Assembly: GCA_050084515.1 (NCBI GenBank)
Contig: CM114271.1
Span: 45,012,001-45,076,000 of the forward strand
Length of the DNA: 64,000 bases
Origin: Blasia pusilla
Lineage: Eukaryota
Direction of reading: 5' to 3'
Below the pieces are notes generated by a model. That model was given only the letters and a program-made list of their open reading frames with translations, ran no database searches and was not told where the DNA came from. The position numbers and the translations under genes were made by a program. How positions within the stretch are numbered: the first letter of the stretch is position 1; every line of letters starts with the position of its first letter. Below are positions 41,493 to 55,224 of this stretch, in pieces.

Positions 41493-42231
41493 CACTACTC
41501 CATGTGGGAGTCCCTTATCCATGGTGATCTTTGTACGACACGAGAGACTGAGGTGATGGTAGCGGTCGTTGTAGTGACATATCCTACGCAAGGGCCTGTG
41601 CGAGCGCAGGTGGTGGCACAAGCGAGATTGCCACAAGGAGCTGCAACGAAATAGACCCATCTCTATAATCGACTTCATGATGGACATCGAAATGTCCCCC
41701 TATCTAGAGATGTATGGGGCTATGGGGGAGAGGTTTGACTCGTTCCTTATGGATTGCAATCATCATCTCTAATTGTTGTAATTCTTTGTTGCAAGCATCG
41801 GGTTTGAACGTACTAGGGGCTCACTTAGTGGTAATCATGTCTCTCTAGGTGTTGCGGATAATGTCCATGGTGATGGGGAATTTAGCTGGATGGTGGATTT
41901 AGCCGGTAAGGAGGTGCCACCTTTCTTTTTCCGAGCCAGTTGTGTCTTTCGCCAACTCCACTTTTTGAAATCCCGCCTTTTTTAATTCTATGATGAGGTT
42001 TTCTTCTCTCAATTTCACCCGGGCAAACTTGTACAACTCGACATAACTGGCCGACATAAGTAACTACTTGAGATGACAAAAGCCAGATACAAATCTCGGA
42101 GAATCTGATAAAAAATGCGGAAAAGTTGGGAAAATTTCACTCGCAAAATGTATGAAGCAATTGTACCCGATTCCAACGTCGGATACATTTCGTTGGGTTA
42201 CATACAAAGAAATCACATTGTTTTTTCTTTA

Positions 42232-45200
42232 CTAAAGGGGAGGCACCGGACAACCGCAAGATGCATGTTCGGGCATGTTCCTCAAAGGACTATGGACTAA
42301 CGCTTCCGAGGAACAAGAGGAGTGATCAGCTGATTTGCACCATGGCTTGTTGCAGTTGCCAGTCGCAAAAGTTTTGCCTTGAGGTTTGGCGAGGTGTGAA
42401 TCTCCAGAGAATGCAATTACTACATCCGAGGGAGAACTTCCGCTCCCTTGATGTTGAGAGCTACTCGTTGCAGAGCAGGATGCTGGATTTCTCCGTACTA
42501 ATCGCGATGAACTCCCAGAACTGCCCATCTCGCAGCAAGTCATCGACGAAGCACTCTGCGCAGAGCCGCACAAATGACCGATTGATGGCTCGAGAGTGCT
42601 CTTGAAGCCATGGTTCATATCCTGGGTACTGTGTTCTTGTTCATGATCAGATCTGTTGGCTTCTCCTGTACATTTCTTGCTCGAGCAGCACTTTTGCTCA
42701 GAGTTGGTCCCAGGGCAACTTTCATCGGCGTTTGGAGAATTTCCTACACTGATGAGGCGGTTGCACTTGGTAGTATCTGGAATGATTCCTGAAGTACATT
42801 TCTTGCTGACCTCTAGTGAAACTGAGCAACACTTCGTCTCTGGGCCTGCTTTTGAGCTGGGTGCCGGACAACACTTTTTGCCTGATATGCCCAAGTCTAA
42901 ACCAGATTTTGAGCTGCAAGTAGGTCCCGAACGACATTTCATCTCGGGAACTTTTGAATCTGGGGAACGCTCGGTCTCAAAACGAGGTTTGGATCCCGAA
43001 CAACACTTTTTTTCAGTAACCTTGGAATCCGAGCAAAGTCTGCTCTCCACATCACTCGTTGAGAGGCAGGTGGTTGTTTTGCAACACTTTTTCTCAGGAT
43101 TCCTAGGATCTGAGTGCTGCATCGTCTCTAAACTGGGTCTTAGGCAGCATTGAGTGCTCAGTCCCAGTTCTGATCCGGCGACCATTTTTCGGGTGACTTT
43201 AAACGAGCTTCCAATATCTTGGTTTGCTACTGTGCAACACTGTTTGCCTCGACATGACTCTGATCGTTCGTACTTTTCCCTCAAATCATGGCCATAGCTA
43301 TTCTGTCGAAGCGGCCAGCAGGTAACCCTCACTCTGTGATGATCGTGGTCTTCTCCATCATGCTTGTGGTCACTACTGCCATATTTTCCTGTCTCTTGGT
43401 CATTCTGACCGAGTTCGTGTTGATGAGTTTGCTGGCAATGATTATGACTATGACTGTGATGCGCATGTTGTTGGTGTTTCTTCGATTCGAATTTAGGCAA
43501 AACAACACCCACTTTCCTGTTGAGCAGACGCATACTGTTGAATATCACCACCAAGCACGTTCCAACGTCGGCCAGCACTGCCGCCCAAAGGGATGGGTAT
43601 CCTGCTGCAGCAATAATGATGATGGCGATTTTCGTGAAGAAGGAGAAGGACACATTTTGTATTATCTTTCTTCTGCAATCCCTTCCCAATTCGATTGCCA
43701 CAACCAGCTTCCGCAGATCGTTTGTCATTAGGGCTATGTCCGCTGTTTCCATAGCAACTGCGGACCCTGCAACGCCCATTGCAAGTCCAATATCGGCTAC
43801 GGCCAAAGCTGGTGCATCGTTGATGCCATCTCCCACCATTGCTGTAACTCCGGTCGGCTTGAGATCCTTTACGAGATTAACCTTATCTTCGGGTAGGAGC
43901 TCAGCATGAACTTCTATGTCACCAAGCTGGAAACATATCACCAGAATGCCCGGTTAGGACTGAAAATACCATGCTACGACAGATTTTGCAACCTAAGGTT
44001 ATTTGGTGAACGTGAGTAACTTGGTTATAAAGGAGGACTAGGCGCCCATACCTTGTTATGGACAGCTGTAGCCGCAAGTTCACTGTCACCCGTGAGCATG
44101 ACAACACGCACCCCCATATTCTATCAACAACAAATAGAACAATCAGAAATTTCTTTGAAGGAATGCGAAATCTTGCGCAGGACAAGGAGGCTTCATAATC
44201 ACTGAACCTTAACAAATCCATGTGGACTTGACTTCGCTCTTCTAATCACACATTATAGGGACCGTCAACTTACCTTAAGACTTGACACTGCCTCGGCTGC
44301 TTCAGGTCGAACTGAATCAGCTACTGCAAAAATGCCTATCGGTCGCCCGTCGACAGCAACCCAGCCAACGGTGGCGCCCTGACCACTCCACTGGTCCGAG
44401 ATTCCAACGTTTATATCTACGATCCGAGAAGATACTGTGGTAAGTTTTCTAAATTGTGGGAGATCATCTCATCTGTTTGTAAGTTCCAATACCCACTGGT
44501 AAGTAGATATATACACTAGCCTCGACATCTGTTTACAAGTTACAGACACATTTGCCGGACCAGAGAACCCATGGATATGACAAATTACCACACTGAGTCC
44601 TTGTCTGTTCGTGAACGATGCTTTATCAAACGAGAGAGCAAACTTTCAGCAATTCCACATCCTTTTTCTACTCGAGACAGAATGGCGTACCTTGAACACC
44701 TTTCAGGCGTGCAGCCAAACGAGCATTTCCTATCTCCACCTTTTGATCATCAACTACTGCAGATACTCCCTCTCCTGGTATGATCTCAAAATCTGTGGTA
44801 TCGCCGTATGGTTCCACCCCATGAAGGCGTGCATATGAAACAAGTGCTGGTGCTAATGGGTGGCTAGATTTGTTTTCGACACACGCAATCCTGGAGACGT
44901 CACACATCAAAAGAGTCTTAGACAGTGATGTGTTTGATGTACACGTACACATTTGCTTCTCCCCTTAACCAGCGTCACTTTGGAAAGGTAGGAAACCAGG
45001 AACAGGGCATCATGGTTGGAGATGGAGTCATCCATAATCCAATCATGTTCCGTTCAGGAGAAAATTCACTGACCTGGAAAAGCTGATAGTTAAATTTAAG
45101 TGGTAGATTACCGCATTATGCCCGACTTTCGTCACTTCTGGTCTCCGGCATCGTTAGACAAGTATAACTTTTCTTTAGTATGATATGTTTCATTCTCGAA

Positions 45201-47872
45201 TTACATGAAACATACCAGTGTAAAATTTGTCGGTTATTCGTGGTGCCGTCGATTGCATGGACGTCTAAGACTCGGAAGTGACCCTCAGTCAAGGTTCCAG
45301 TCTTGTCCATCGCCACCACCTTCACCTTTCCTAGTGCTTCTAAGTAGCCACCTCCCCTGACAATTAGTCCTGCTCGAGCAGCCTGGGCAATTCCACATGT
45401 CGTTGTCACAGGGGTAGATATCACCAATGCGCAGGGCAGGCCACCACAAGCAGAACGAGGGCTAAATACACCCAGTGCTTGGGATTATGAACACCCGAGG
45501 CCCATGGTATGACTGCTATTAGCACTGCTGAGGCCACAATGACTGCAAAACATAATTTAGAACATTAGAGTGGATTCTGCATGAGGGTAGCTGGGTAAGA
45601 TTGGAGATGGATCATAAATGGAGCTACAAGTAGTCAACTCTAAGTCTTGGAAGCAAGCACACCTCTCGGGGAATTTTAACCTAGGTCTATAGAATCTGCA
45701 GCCATTGCTTTCTTGGCCGAAACCTGAATGCCAAGAGGCAAGCAGGGCCATGCTTTTGAATGTCTTGACTTTCCACGTTATGCAGGGAAGGAGGACGTTG
45801 AAAGGATGCACAATGTTGACAAAATTTAGGGATATATGAGTAGTTGAACCCACTTGGAGTGTAAAATTTTGCGACTTTCTCAACCAGCTGCTCTGTAGGG
45901 GAGTGCTGATTTTGAGCCTCTTCAACGAGCCGCACCATCCTGGCAACGGCTGAGTCTTCAGCCAGAGCTGTAGTCCTGACTGTTATGTAACCTAAGAAAG
46001 ACCACAGAGAGAAAGACTGGTAAGAACGGGTGGAAATTATTTGTTAGTTCATCCAATCATTCGCTTTGTATGTCATATTGTCCAACCATTCATAAGCTCA
46101 TGCCAAATTTCCATATACCTGAAAGATTCATCGTGCCGGCCCACACCAAATCTCCAGCAGTTTTCTCTACAGGCTTTGATTCACCTGTTACATTGCTCTG
46201 ATCTACGGAACTCTTGCCTGATATCACTTCCCCATCAATTGGAATGAGCTCTCCTGCTTTCACAGCGAGCGAAGTTCCAATACTAACATCCTCCACGGGA
46301 ACTCTCTGACCATCCATCAGAACAGCGCTCTGGGGTGCGAGATCAGCCACACTTGATATTGCCTGACGAGCCTACAATAGAAGTAAGCGCAAACACAAAG
46401 AGATCAGATGAACCCATACGTCTTACTTATATGGAGGACGAAGGCAGACTAGTTAGCTTAGCTCAACGTCACAAGAAGTCGTGAGGTTACTTCTACTTCT
46501 CTTTTGAAGTAAGTTCTGCCGATCTTACAACAATCAAGGCAGCGCTTTACCTTATCACTAGACCTGGATTCTAACCAGTCTGCAAGGGTAAATAAGAAGG
46601 CGATAGAGCCTGCCTCCAGGTAGTCTCCTAATGCGATTGCGCCACCAACTGCACATGCACGTTGCAAGGCTCAGATTAAAGACCATAATCAATTTCACTG
46701 AATTTCTCTTATTCCCTCCTTAGCCTTGACTCGCAACGAATCTATCAACTTTGTTAATGACAAACAACAACACTACACGTTTGGGCTGTCCTTGAAACTT
46801 GTCGATCTACAGAAAGCGATTAGTCGGTAAGTCTCATCTCATCGTTTAACCTCGACCAAAAAATAAAGCAATAGGTTGGTACTGTTAAGGTATTACTATC
46901 CATTAACCGAAGTAAGAGACTTCACACCCAATCAGGGGTTTTTCAAGACTCTTAGGATAATGCTGCCATGCGCATTTTAATACGGCGATGACGCTGTACC
47001 TTGTGCTGCTCCAACAAACGGATGGGAACCCTACCCGAGATACACTTTAAGGAGATAATTTTGTTGACAGGGTGCCCCGGCCCATGATCTAGGTTCGTCA
47101 AAACAAACACAACTTCCAACTGAAATGATTCAAATTTTCGTATCCCCACAATTGAACAAATCGAAGGTTGACGATTCCACTTGCCTGCTATAAGCATAAG
47201 GCAGTTGATGTCTAACACCAATCTGCGTAAAGCCACCAGACTACGGGCGATTATTGGAGGAGCACCAACAGCGACCGAGCCGAGAGCTACCCACTTCAAA
47301 GGCTCCCAAATATAATGAAAGAAAGCCACACAAATCAGAAGTCCGAGCCGATGGTCCATGGACTCGGCCATTTGTGCGTTGCCCTCCCTTTGCCACGCTG
47401 GTGAATAGAAGCATCCAACCTGGCTTCATTCAAGATTTTGACTGGTACACGATCACAAATCCAATGAAGGTTAATAAAAAATTTTGATCTCTTCCCGAAG
47501 AAAAGTTTGCACAATGTTTCACTGAGCATCAAAACATGCGATCCACTTTATGAAGGTTACTAACAGAGAAATTCTATGGTTCAAGCGCAGAGGTTGCCCA
47601 CGCTTGCCCCTTCACCAATGGGCTACTAATAGGACTGAGTAGATTTGAGAGACGAACTCACCAATTTGTACATCGGACACAATTTTTGGATCGTGGACAA
47701 CCATGACCGTCTTAGAGGTCGCATTAACGTGTACTTCTTCGACACCAGGTAATGGCTCCAGGATCTTTTTTATGAGGGGAACCTCAGAGGGACAGCAAAT
47801 TCCCATGACGTCGAAAGTTGTCTTAGCCACCCCCTGACCTTTGAAGCCCCTCGGTATGGTCATCTTCACCAT
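42232..47872 (-). CDS. HMA2: P1B-2 heavy-metal (Zn/Cd) transporting ATPase, HMA2/HMA4-like, about 1130 aa if two 1-bp deletions are corrected; 10 exons
   Basis: Exons 47872-47662, 47441-47185, 46648-46551, 46371-46119, 45991-45854, 45542-45216, 44890-44691, 44416-44274, 44120-44052, 43926-42232. Motifs GICCPSE, TGES, CPC, DKTGTLT, SSHPLA, MLTGD, MVGDGINDAPALA, ADVG. His- and CC-rich C-terminal tail. The start codon is uncertain, and the symbol marks the subfamily only. Confidence 0.9.
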
Positions 47873-50800
47873 TTCTTCCGGAGGTACCTGCGCCCTAGGA
47901 GAAGCCAAACTTACGCATCCATGAGAGGGCGAATTCTGATAGCAATGATACTTTGGTCACTCGGTGTGTTCTCGTCTGTAGTCAGGGGAGACTTTCATAA
48001 CCTTTCCTTTTCGGTACCTCGTAGGTGAACAAATTAACTAGCTGCTTAGGCCTTCTCTTCAACTGGCCGAGAGACTCGCCAACTTTAACAAGCCTCCCAT
48101 GTTCAATGAATTGGGAGCCGCCTTCAACAGATTCCTGCGCATGACTCAAGACATACGACCCATCCTTTAGAGGTATGAGCCAGTCGTAGTGATCACCATG
48201 AGCTATCTTGTTGTGGCCACATCCATCCTGGTGTCGTGATTTGACTCTTCACCGCTAGATATTGGTGTGAATGTGCTTCCGAGATCCCATGGCATGGGCA
48301 GAACGCAACCCGCTTCTTCCATACACTAGAAACATGGAACAACACAACCAAAAGAGAGTGAGCTGATAGGTAAATTCTAGCAAAGGTTTCGGTAGTAGCC
48401 ATCCAGAATTCCAGATCAAACAAAAGTAGAATATTCTAATAAGCTTGAACAACCAATTTAGGAGTCAGAGAGTATACATTGGATTGAAACCCAATATCCT
48501 CTACTAAACAGATTTTATCGAATACTCAAAGACTCTAGCGCAGAATCCCCGTCTAACGCAGAAAGGAAATTACCTGTTCGAGGAGAACGTCTTCTGTGAT
48601 TTCCCCATGGTGAACATGGGCATGCACATGACCGGCATCTCTCATGCAGCACATGTCGGACAGAGGATCCCATGCCTGCCTACGGTGGTCTAGAAAGCAT
48701 AGTTTCTTTTCTGCCTCTGAAATTGACAGAAGTGGAGGCACAGAAAGATATGCAAATCTACCATCTTCAAAAACCAGGAGATGTTCGCCTTCATTGTGCC
48801 GCCGCTGCAGCCAACATAGAATACGCCAATCAGTCCATATATAGTGATTAACGTGAGCTATCCCTTGACAATCTTGCACTTCAGCAAAAGCGAAACAAAT
48901 CGTTGTCCTTCACGTCTCCACTTGACGAATCGATAGCTGAACTCTTGACAATCTACGACTTCACTTTCCAGAGCATGGTTGTGGCATGTATGTAGGACAT
49001 ACGAACAGAGCACTTGAATCTTAACGAGAAAACCAAACCAGACTCTCGCCAAGAAACTCGAGGGAGTCGTGAAAGGTTACGGTAGGCGGTACAATTATTC
49101 GCGACGCGCGAAGTCAAACATCTAATAGTCTAACAGTCTAATAGTCTCAGCTCAAGGATGAATCGATCACTCTAAGCTACATGAGCCACCGAGATTTGAA
49201 TGGTGGTTTGGGCAGGATCGCGAATCCAACGTTTCGACCACCGCACGCCCATGTTGTACAGAATGTGCCTACTGATTCACAAATTGGACGACTAGTACCA
49301 TAAAAGATCATCGGTATGGGAATCTGAGGGCGAAGACAGCGACACTTGACATTAGTTTCCGCTCTTACAAAAGCGGGCGACATTTCTCAGCTCTACTCTG
49401 GGTGTGAGTTAAATACTTATCCTACACTCTCTGCATACGAGTACAAATCCAAGTCTAGCCTGCTACGCTTCGAATCATGTGGACTCTCAAACTGAGACAG
49501 GTTCCCTGAAGGATCGCAACTCTGTTGTAATGCCGGTGGAGACCATGCTAAGAGATGTTCGGGTTACAAGATACCAGTTACAAACGCCGAATGAATTGGC
49601 GAGACTTCACTAGAGAAAAACACCATCGCGCATGATACCTGGATAATCTACTACTGGGATACCATACACGTCCAGTATCGAGAGATCTGCTACGTCATAC
49701 AGAGGTTGGCTGCGGGACGTGGAGATTCTGGACAAAAATATCCGCTATTCGAGGCATTACTACTTCCTACTATTTAAATAGGTACAGCCGATAAAAGGAA
49801 ATTCAAACGAACTTGACCATGTGCACACGAGTCAGCGGGCGATTTCAATGGATAGCGCTGTAGGATAAGATGGTGAAAGAACCATGCGAAATATTGAGCC
49901 CTCCAATTTAAATAGCTACAGCCGATATCAGGTACCCGACCATATGTAGACGAGAAATCGAGCGATAAAAGATTAGATAGTAAAAGAATGATGTTATTGC
50001 TGAAGGATGGACACATCACCCGGGAGCTCATTGTTCCCCATAGCCCTCGTGATTTTCCAGGTCAGACGAGGCTGAGAGTCTTCTTCATGCGCGACAGCAA
50101 TGGCTATGCTTGCATTTGGCAAGGTCTGGCTAAAAGTGCCACAGAATAACAACGAAGCAAGATACATATGCATGCAAGCTAGGATGACGAAAGGCTCATT
50201 ATCACAGACAATGACCGTGAAAACCTACTAAATTTCTTAATGCGGAACGAATGGCTCTGGCCTCAAGCAATCAATCTTCACAGCTGCGTTATTTCATGAC
50301 TTCCAGGAAAATTCTACCGGTGTAGAGAGGAGTTAGACCCAGTCTTAGACCCCTAACTTCCAAGAACTCAAATCTCTTCGTCCTCATGTGGAATTGGTTG
50401 GAGACAAATCATTCGATTATTTCAAATGCCTATCAGAGCGTGGGTTTCTAATTCTCACACCCGCTTGTCTATGAACGACATACCACAATTGCAAAGGGAA
50501 CGTTGAGGGATTTACCTCTGGGGTAGAGTTGCCCATAGGGCTCTCAGTTTTTGGTGAGGACTTCGGGGGTGACAATGGAAGCTCCGTATGCTCCTGGTGG
50601 TCGAGAAATACCCCGGCATATTTTCCTCGATTGGCTCTTGTTGCTGGCTGAAAAGATTGCGGTCTCAGTGCTGCGATTGTAAAAAAACTCCAACCGATTC
50701 GTTACTGGACGAAAGTCACCACTAGATCCTCTACTCAGAATTGCCTTCAAATTATTCACTCATCACTCTCACCGAAGTATCGACAGAAATCAGAAGTGAC

Positions 50801-53800
50801 TTCTCTTCTCTTGATCGCCCCAGTTCATGACACACATGTGTCTTTGCATTGGACGACAATCACGACAAGACTCCTGAACGACATTGTCCGCGGAATTCTT
50901 CGGTTGCATCATTCACAACACTCATGCTATCCTTGGCCGGCTCTCCCCGTCTACCCTAGGCCTCGCTACCGATCACCCCCATCAAACTCATACCACAGAC
51001 ACGGTACCACAGTAGCTCTGGAGTCCTTTTCACACTATGAGATACAGGATACACGGGCAGAGATGCCAGACGCCAGAGATACTGTTGAGGTGCGAAGATG
51101 AACGATGAATTTATAGCCACTCCGGTATCACTTTCGTCCCAAACAGCTACTACGCTCTCCAAATGCTTGTGGCGGTTAGCGTGCCAGTGCCCGAAAATGT
51201 TGTTTTTAAGGTAATGGTAACATTTCACTCCTATAAATCATAAGGACCTGATATTCACTTCAAATTAACAAAATGAAATATTCTATTCTTCTAAATGATT
51301 TCATCTTTCCATAAAATAATTAAAATAAAATTATTTCTCTTCTATTTTTCTATCCCTCCTACCAAAATAATATCCAATAATTAAATCATTAATTAATTGC
51401 ATTTTTCATTAAATTATATATATGAATCCATAAAAATTTACAAAATTATTATTATTTTATTGTTCATGCATCGGGAAGACGACATCTGACTCGAAAACGA
51501 AATTCCCCTCACGCATGAAGACAAATAGGCCTCATACAACCTCCAGTAGGAAACGCCATAAGTTTCATACGTGCTTGCTAGGCGTCCACGGGAGATCAAA
51601 TTCTGTCCATAGTCAGGTACGGGGTATCTCACTAGGTACCCGTTTAGCTTTCAAATTTCTACCCTGCCAGTCCTCCAAAAACGGTTACTCCGTGAGACGC
51701 CCTAGTACTGCCCAGCTATGGGAAAGTAACTACAAAGTAACTTAGATTTTATTTTACGCAGTACTGCTAATTATCACTTTGTTAGACTCTCCCCCCTATG
51801 ACTGTCGTTCCTGCGTTGCTGTGAACGGCTTTCCCTATCCGTCCGTCTTTCGCCACCTACGTAAGCCTATTTTCCTCCGCTTATGCCTCGAGGCTTCCAC
51901 CGAATCCGGTCTGCGGTTGCCGTACCCGTAGCAAGGTTCGAATTTTAAAGTTTTGTGTTTTCATGGGTAGATATATTATCGGAGAGTATCTTCTTGGTTG
52001 TAAACATTCATGGCCAGAAATGTGGCAATGGGAAAAAACAAATATTACCTTTTGCATGGGGCGGCGAATAAAGAAAAAGTTTGTGTAACATGATTAATCC
52101 CTTCATTTGACAGAAATGGATGGTACCGATTGGCCAAAAACAAAACCGGCGTAGTTCTAGCCTCTACCATACCACAACACTATGTTCAACATGGGAGCTA
52201 AATAATCTATCATACCCATTGACATTTGAAAATTTTATGGTCTTAATAGGGCGTGTCACGTGTCATCCCATTGTATTTTTTTGTCCTTAGTAGGAAGAGA
52301 TAGCTCAACTGAAATAAGGTCTTCTCAAAGAAGTCCATAGTTCAACTCTCCCTTTGGATGGTGGGGGTCTGTCTCAACCCTAGGGCTACGGCGTCCCCTA
52401 TCTAAGACATGGATGGTCCATGTTCGAGAGAGCGTATGCCTTGTGCCTTTCATGTGTGTATGCCTTGACTATGCTCTCGGGTCAAGAATTTGGAAAAAAA
52501 AATTCCAGGCCTTCACTCCAAAACCAAATCTCCTTCATGGGAACCCCAAACACAAAATGTTTGAAATGTAGAGGTGAAGATCCCTGTCATATGCGATTTC
52601 AAGATCATATATGTGGAAGGGGCCCATAGGGCCATAAACCAAGTCGGCTTCCAATGGACTAGAAATCACTTCTAGTAGTGGGAATTTCTATTAATAGAAC
52701 CATTCTTGTTAAACGGAACTCAAATATGTTCCCCTCCACACCTCAATATGAAAAAAATTGATACCTACTGATTTTTCCATGAGATATTGTATGACATTCC
52801 CTACTACCTCTCCTTACTTCCTAAGACATAATTCCAGGTTGGAAGGAGAAAACTAATAATATGTCCTGTCCAAGTGATGCATGGTTTTTATGTAAGTTTT
52901 AAAAATAACAAAAATAAAATGTAGGAAATTATTTTTAAGGAAGAAAATTTTAACCTTCAAAAGATTAAGAGAAAAATGAAAAGGAAAGAAAAAGTAGAAA
53001 TGCATAAAAAGTTATGGAATAACACTTTGTGATTGTTTTTTATTTTATACTTCTTATTTTGAAATGGAATTTCCCTACCCTAATAATGGTCAATTTTTTA
53101 CATTTCCAAATTTGGAGGGAATTAAAAACTTAGGAAGAATCAATTTGGATGACTTTTTTTAAAACCTAATTGCCCTACTTTTTCGAGAAAGATAAAAAAT
53201 AAAATTTAATGGAATAGAAAAAAATTTGAAAAAAAAATCTCAACTCTTTAAAGGCCTGAAATATCAACTCCGGCAAGACACTCCCTAACCCTCTTGGAAT
53301 ACCCTCTCTTCTCTTAACTTAACTACCCCCTCATTGACTTTCATTCTTTTTTTTCCTTAAATGGACACATGTCACTTGCATACATGTATTGCAAGGAAAC
53401 ATGACATCCCAAGGAGGCACCTTGGGTAAGTTCATCCTCTATTAATAGTATAGCTTTTTAAAACTAAATATAAATGTATGATGTAGGTTATGATAAGAGG
53501 AAATGAGATATCCTCTAGTGTAATTGAGACATCCTTAATAAGGCAAGTCAAAAGAGGATAGAGAGGCCCTTTTAAAAAAGGGAATGTGATTTTCCATGCT
53601 AATGTGATGCACAAGTTTAAATGATTGATGTTTAATTAACTCCCAAAATTATTATGTGACATTTTACATCAATTTTGAATAATCCCATTGGTTGAGACAT
53701 CAAGCGATCCTATTGGCTAAGAGGGCCACATGCGAAGAGTAGAAGAGTTTCAAAAATGAAATGACATTGTCCAATAGTAAAATAGATTACCTCATATGTC

Positions 53801-54132
53801 TTCTCACAAGGACAATGGATTCAAAAAGAAATTTTGTAAACAAGACTAAAGAATTCATACTATCATAAGAAATTGCTTACATAGCTAGAATACCGATATA
53901 GTAATCACTTTCATTTTATGACCAATTTATATGCAAGATATCAGGAAGGGATTTCACCAAGAAGAAGGGAAATCTTTCCAATTTAAAAAGAAAGGGATGG
54001 AGGATTGGAGTGGGATAAAGTAAGGAGTTTTTTTCTTTCCAAAAAAAGGAATTTCAAATGGGAATGATGAGGTAAGATTTTTTAAATTTAATCAAGACAA
54101 GATCTATACATTGGTAGTTAAGAATGAGGCAT

Positions 54133-54580
54133 GTTGATCAACCCCCATTGAGTGTGATGAATCGAGTGGATTTGCCGAGGGCACCATTTCTCACGCTCGT
54201 GATTTTTTTGCCTCATATGCTTATAGGGAGAGTGGCCCAAGCTTGATTTGGGATGATCTGACAAAGTAGTTAGTAGCACCCAATGCTAATGAGTAAGAGT
54301 ATGCGATGGGATTTTCCACATAAGTGATGACAGTACCGTCATTGATAGAGTTGCCTTAACACAACGTGCTTTTCCAAGCTATAGATATGAAGTGTGTCAC
54401 ATGGATTATAAGTCTATGATTGGGTAAACAACATCAAATGTGATTGAGGCATATCACCTCAAAATCCTTAGAAAACCCTAGTCGTACTAAGATAGTACAA
54501 GCCTTGGTGGGGAGCGAGGCAGGAGAAAACCCAAAGGTCCGAGTCGATTGCCAGAGATATCCTTGGAGATCCTGGGATAC
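54133..54580 (+). mobile_element. Decayed DNMT-like domain + linker of the Gypsy family (a second DNMT-bearing copy)
   Basis: Reads (with indels) MNRVDLPRAPFLTLV..SYAYRESGPSLIWD..LVAPNANE*EYAMGFST..VLFQAIDMKCVTWIISL, then ALVGSE..YPWRSWD. It is colinear with 36845-37270. Confidence 0.75.
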
Positions 54581-55224
54581 ATAAGCTATTATAAACACAA
54601 GTCTAAGATTCATCTATCTATGAATCCTAGCACATCTATACATAAACGACTCGACAACCCAAATATAAAAATGTGACGTTGATAAAATCTGCAATCAACT
54701 ATGCCTCATCAAGCATTCACTCAATGATACACACTACGGTAGCAGTAAGAAATAGTTTGCAATGAACTCCCAATTAATATGTGTAATCTCCAATCAATCC
54801 TAGCCCAATCTTCAAGGGAGAATCAAGGCTCAATACATGTAAGCTATATTGAATCACGGATCCCAACATAGGTCTGATCTAAGGAAGATGAGATTTGAAT
54901 GAACTTTATCCGAGGTATACACCTGTGGGCACCTCCATGGGTGACTTGAACACACATGTAACCTCCTTCTAGTAGATCATGAAAAACCTAGAGTAGACAA
55001 GATACTAACTCCCTAACAGGTCATATATGAACTCTCAAAATAAGGAAGTACAAGATCCCTCTAAGGCCTCGATATTGTCTTGCCCTATGTCTCATATACT
55101 ATGACAACTTTCATGCGAATAGATATTTTTTCCGACATACATCACTTGTCATGCACACAAGTCTAAGATCCATGTAACTATAAATCCTAGGATATCTACA
55201 CATAAAAAATTAGGCAACCCCAAT

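Noticed and set aside
42261-43909. Plus-strand ORFs opposite the last HMA exon
   Set aside because: These are antisense shadows of the real coding exon.
47873-47998. uORF (MKVSPDYRREHTE*) or N-terminal extension of the HMA gene
   Set aside because: It is in frame with the CDS but separated by a TGA. With indels elsewhere in this gene and no transcript data, a uORF cannot be told from chance or error.
48000-52000. Zinc-deficiency response element (RTGTCGACAY) upstream of HMA
   Set aside because: I saw no exact match by eye, and the short ORFs here have no domain signal.
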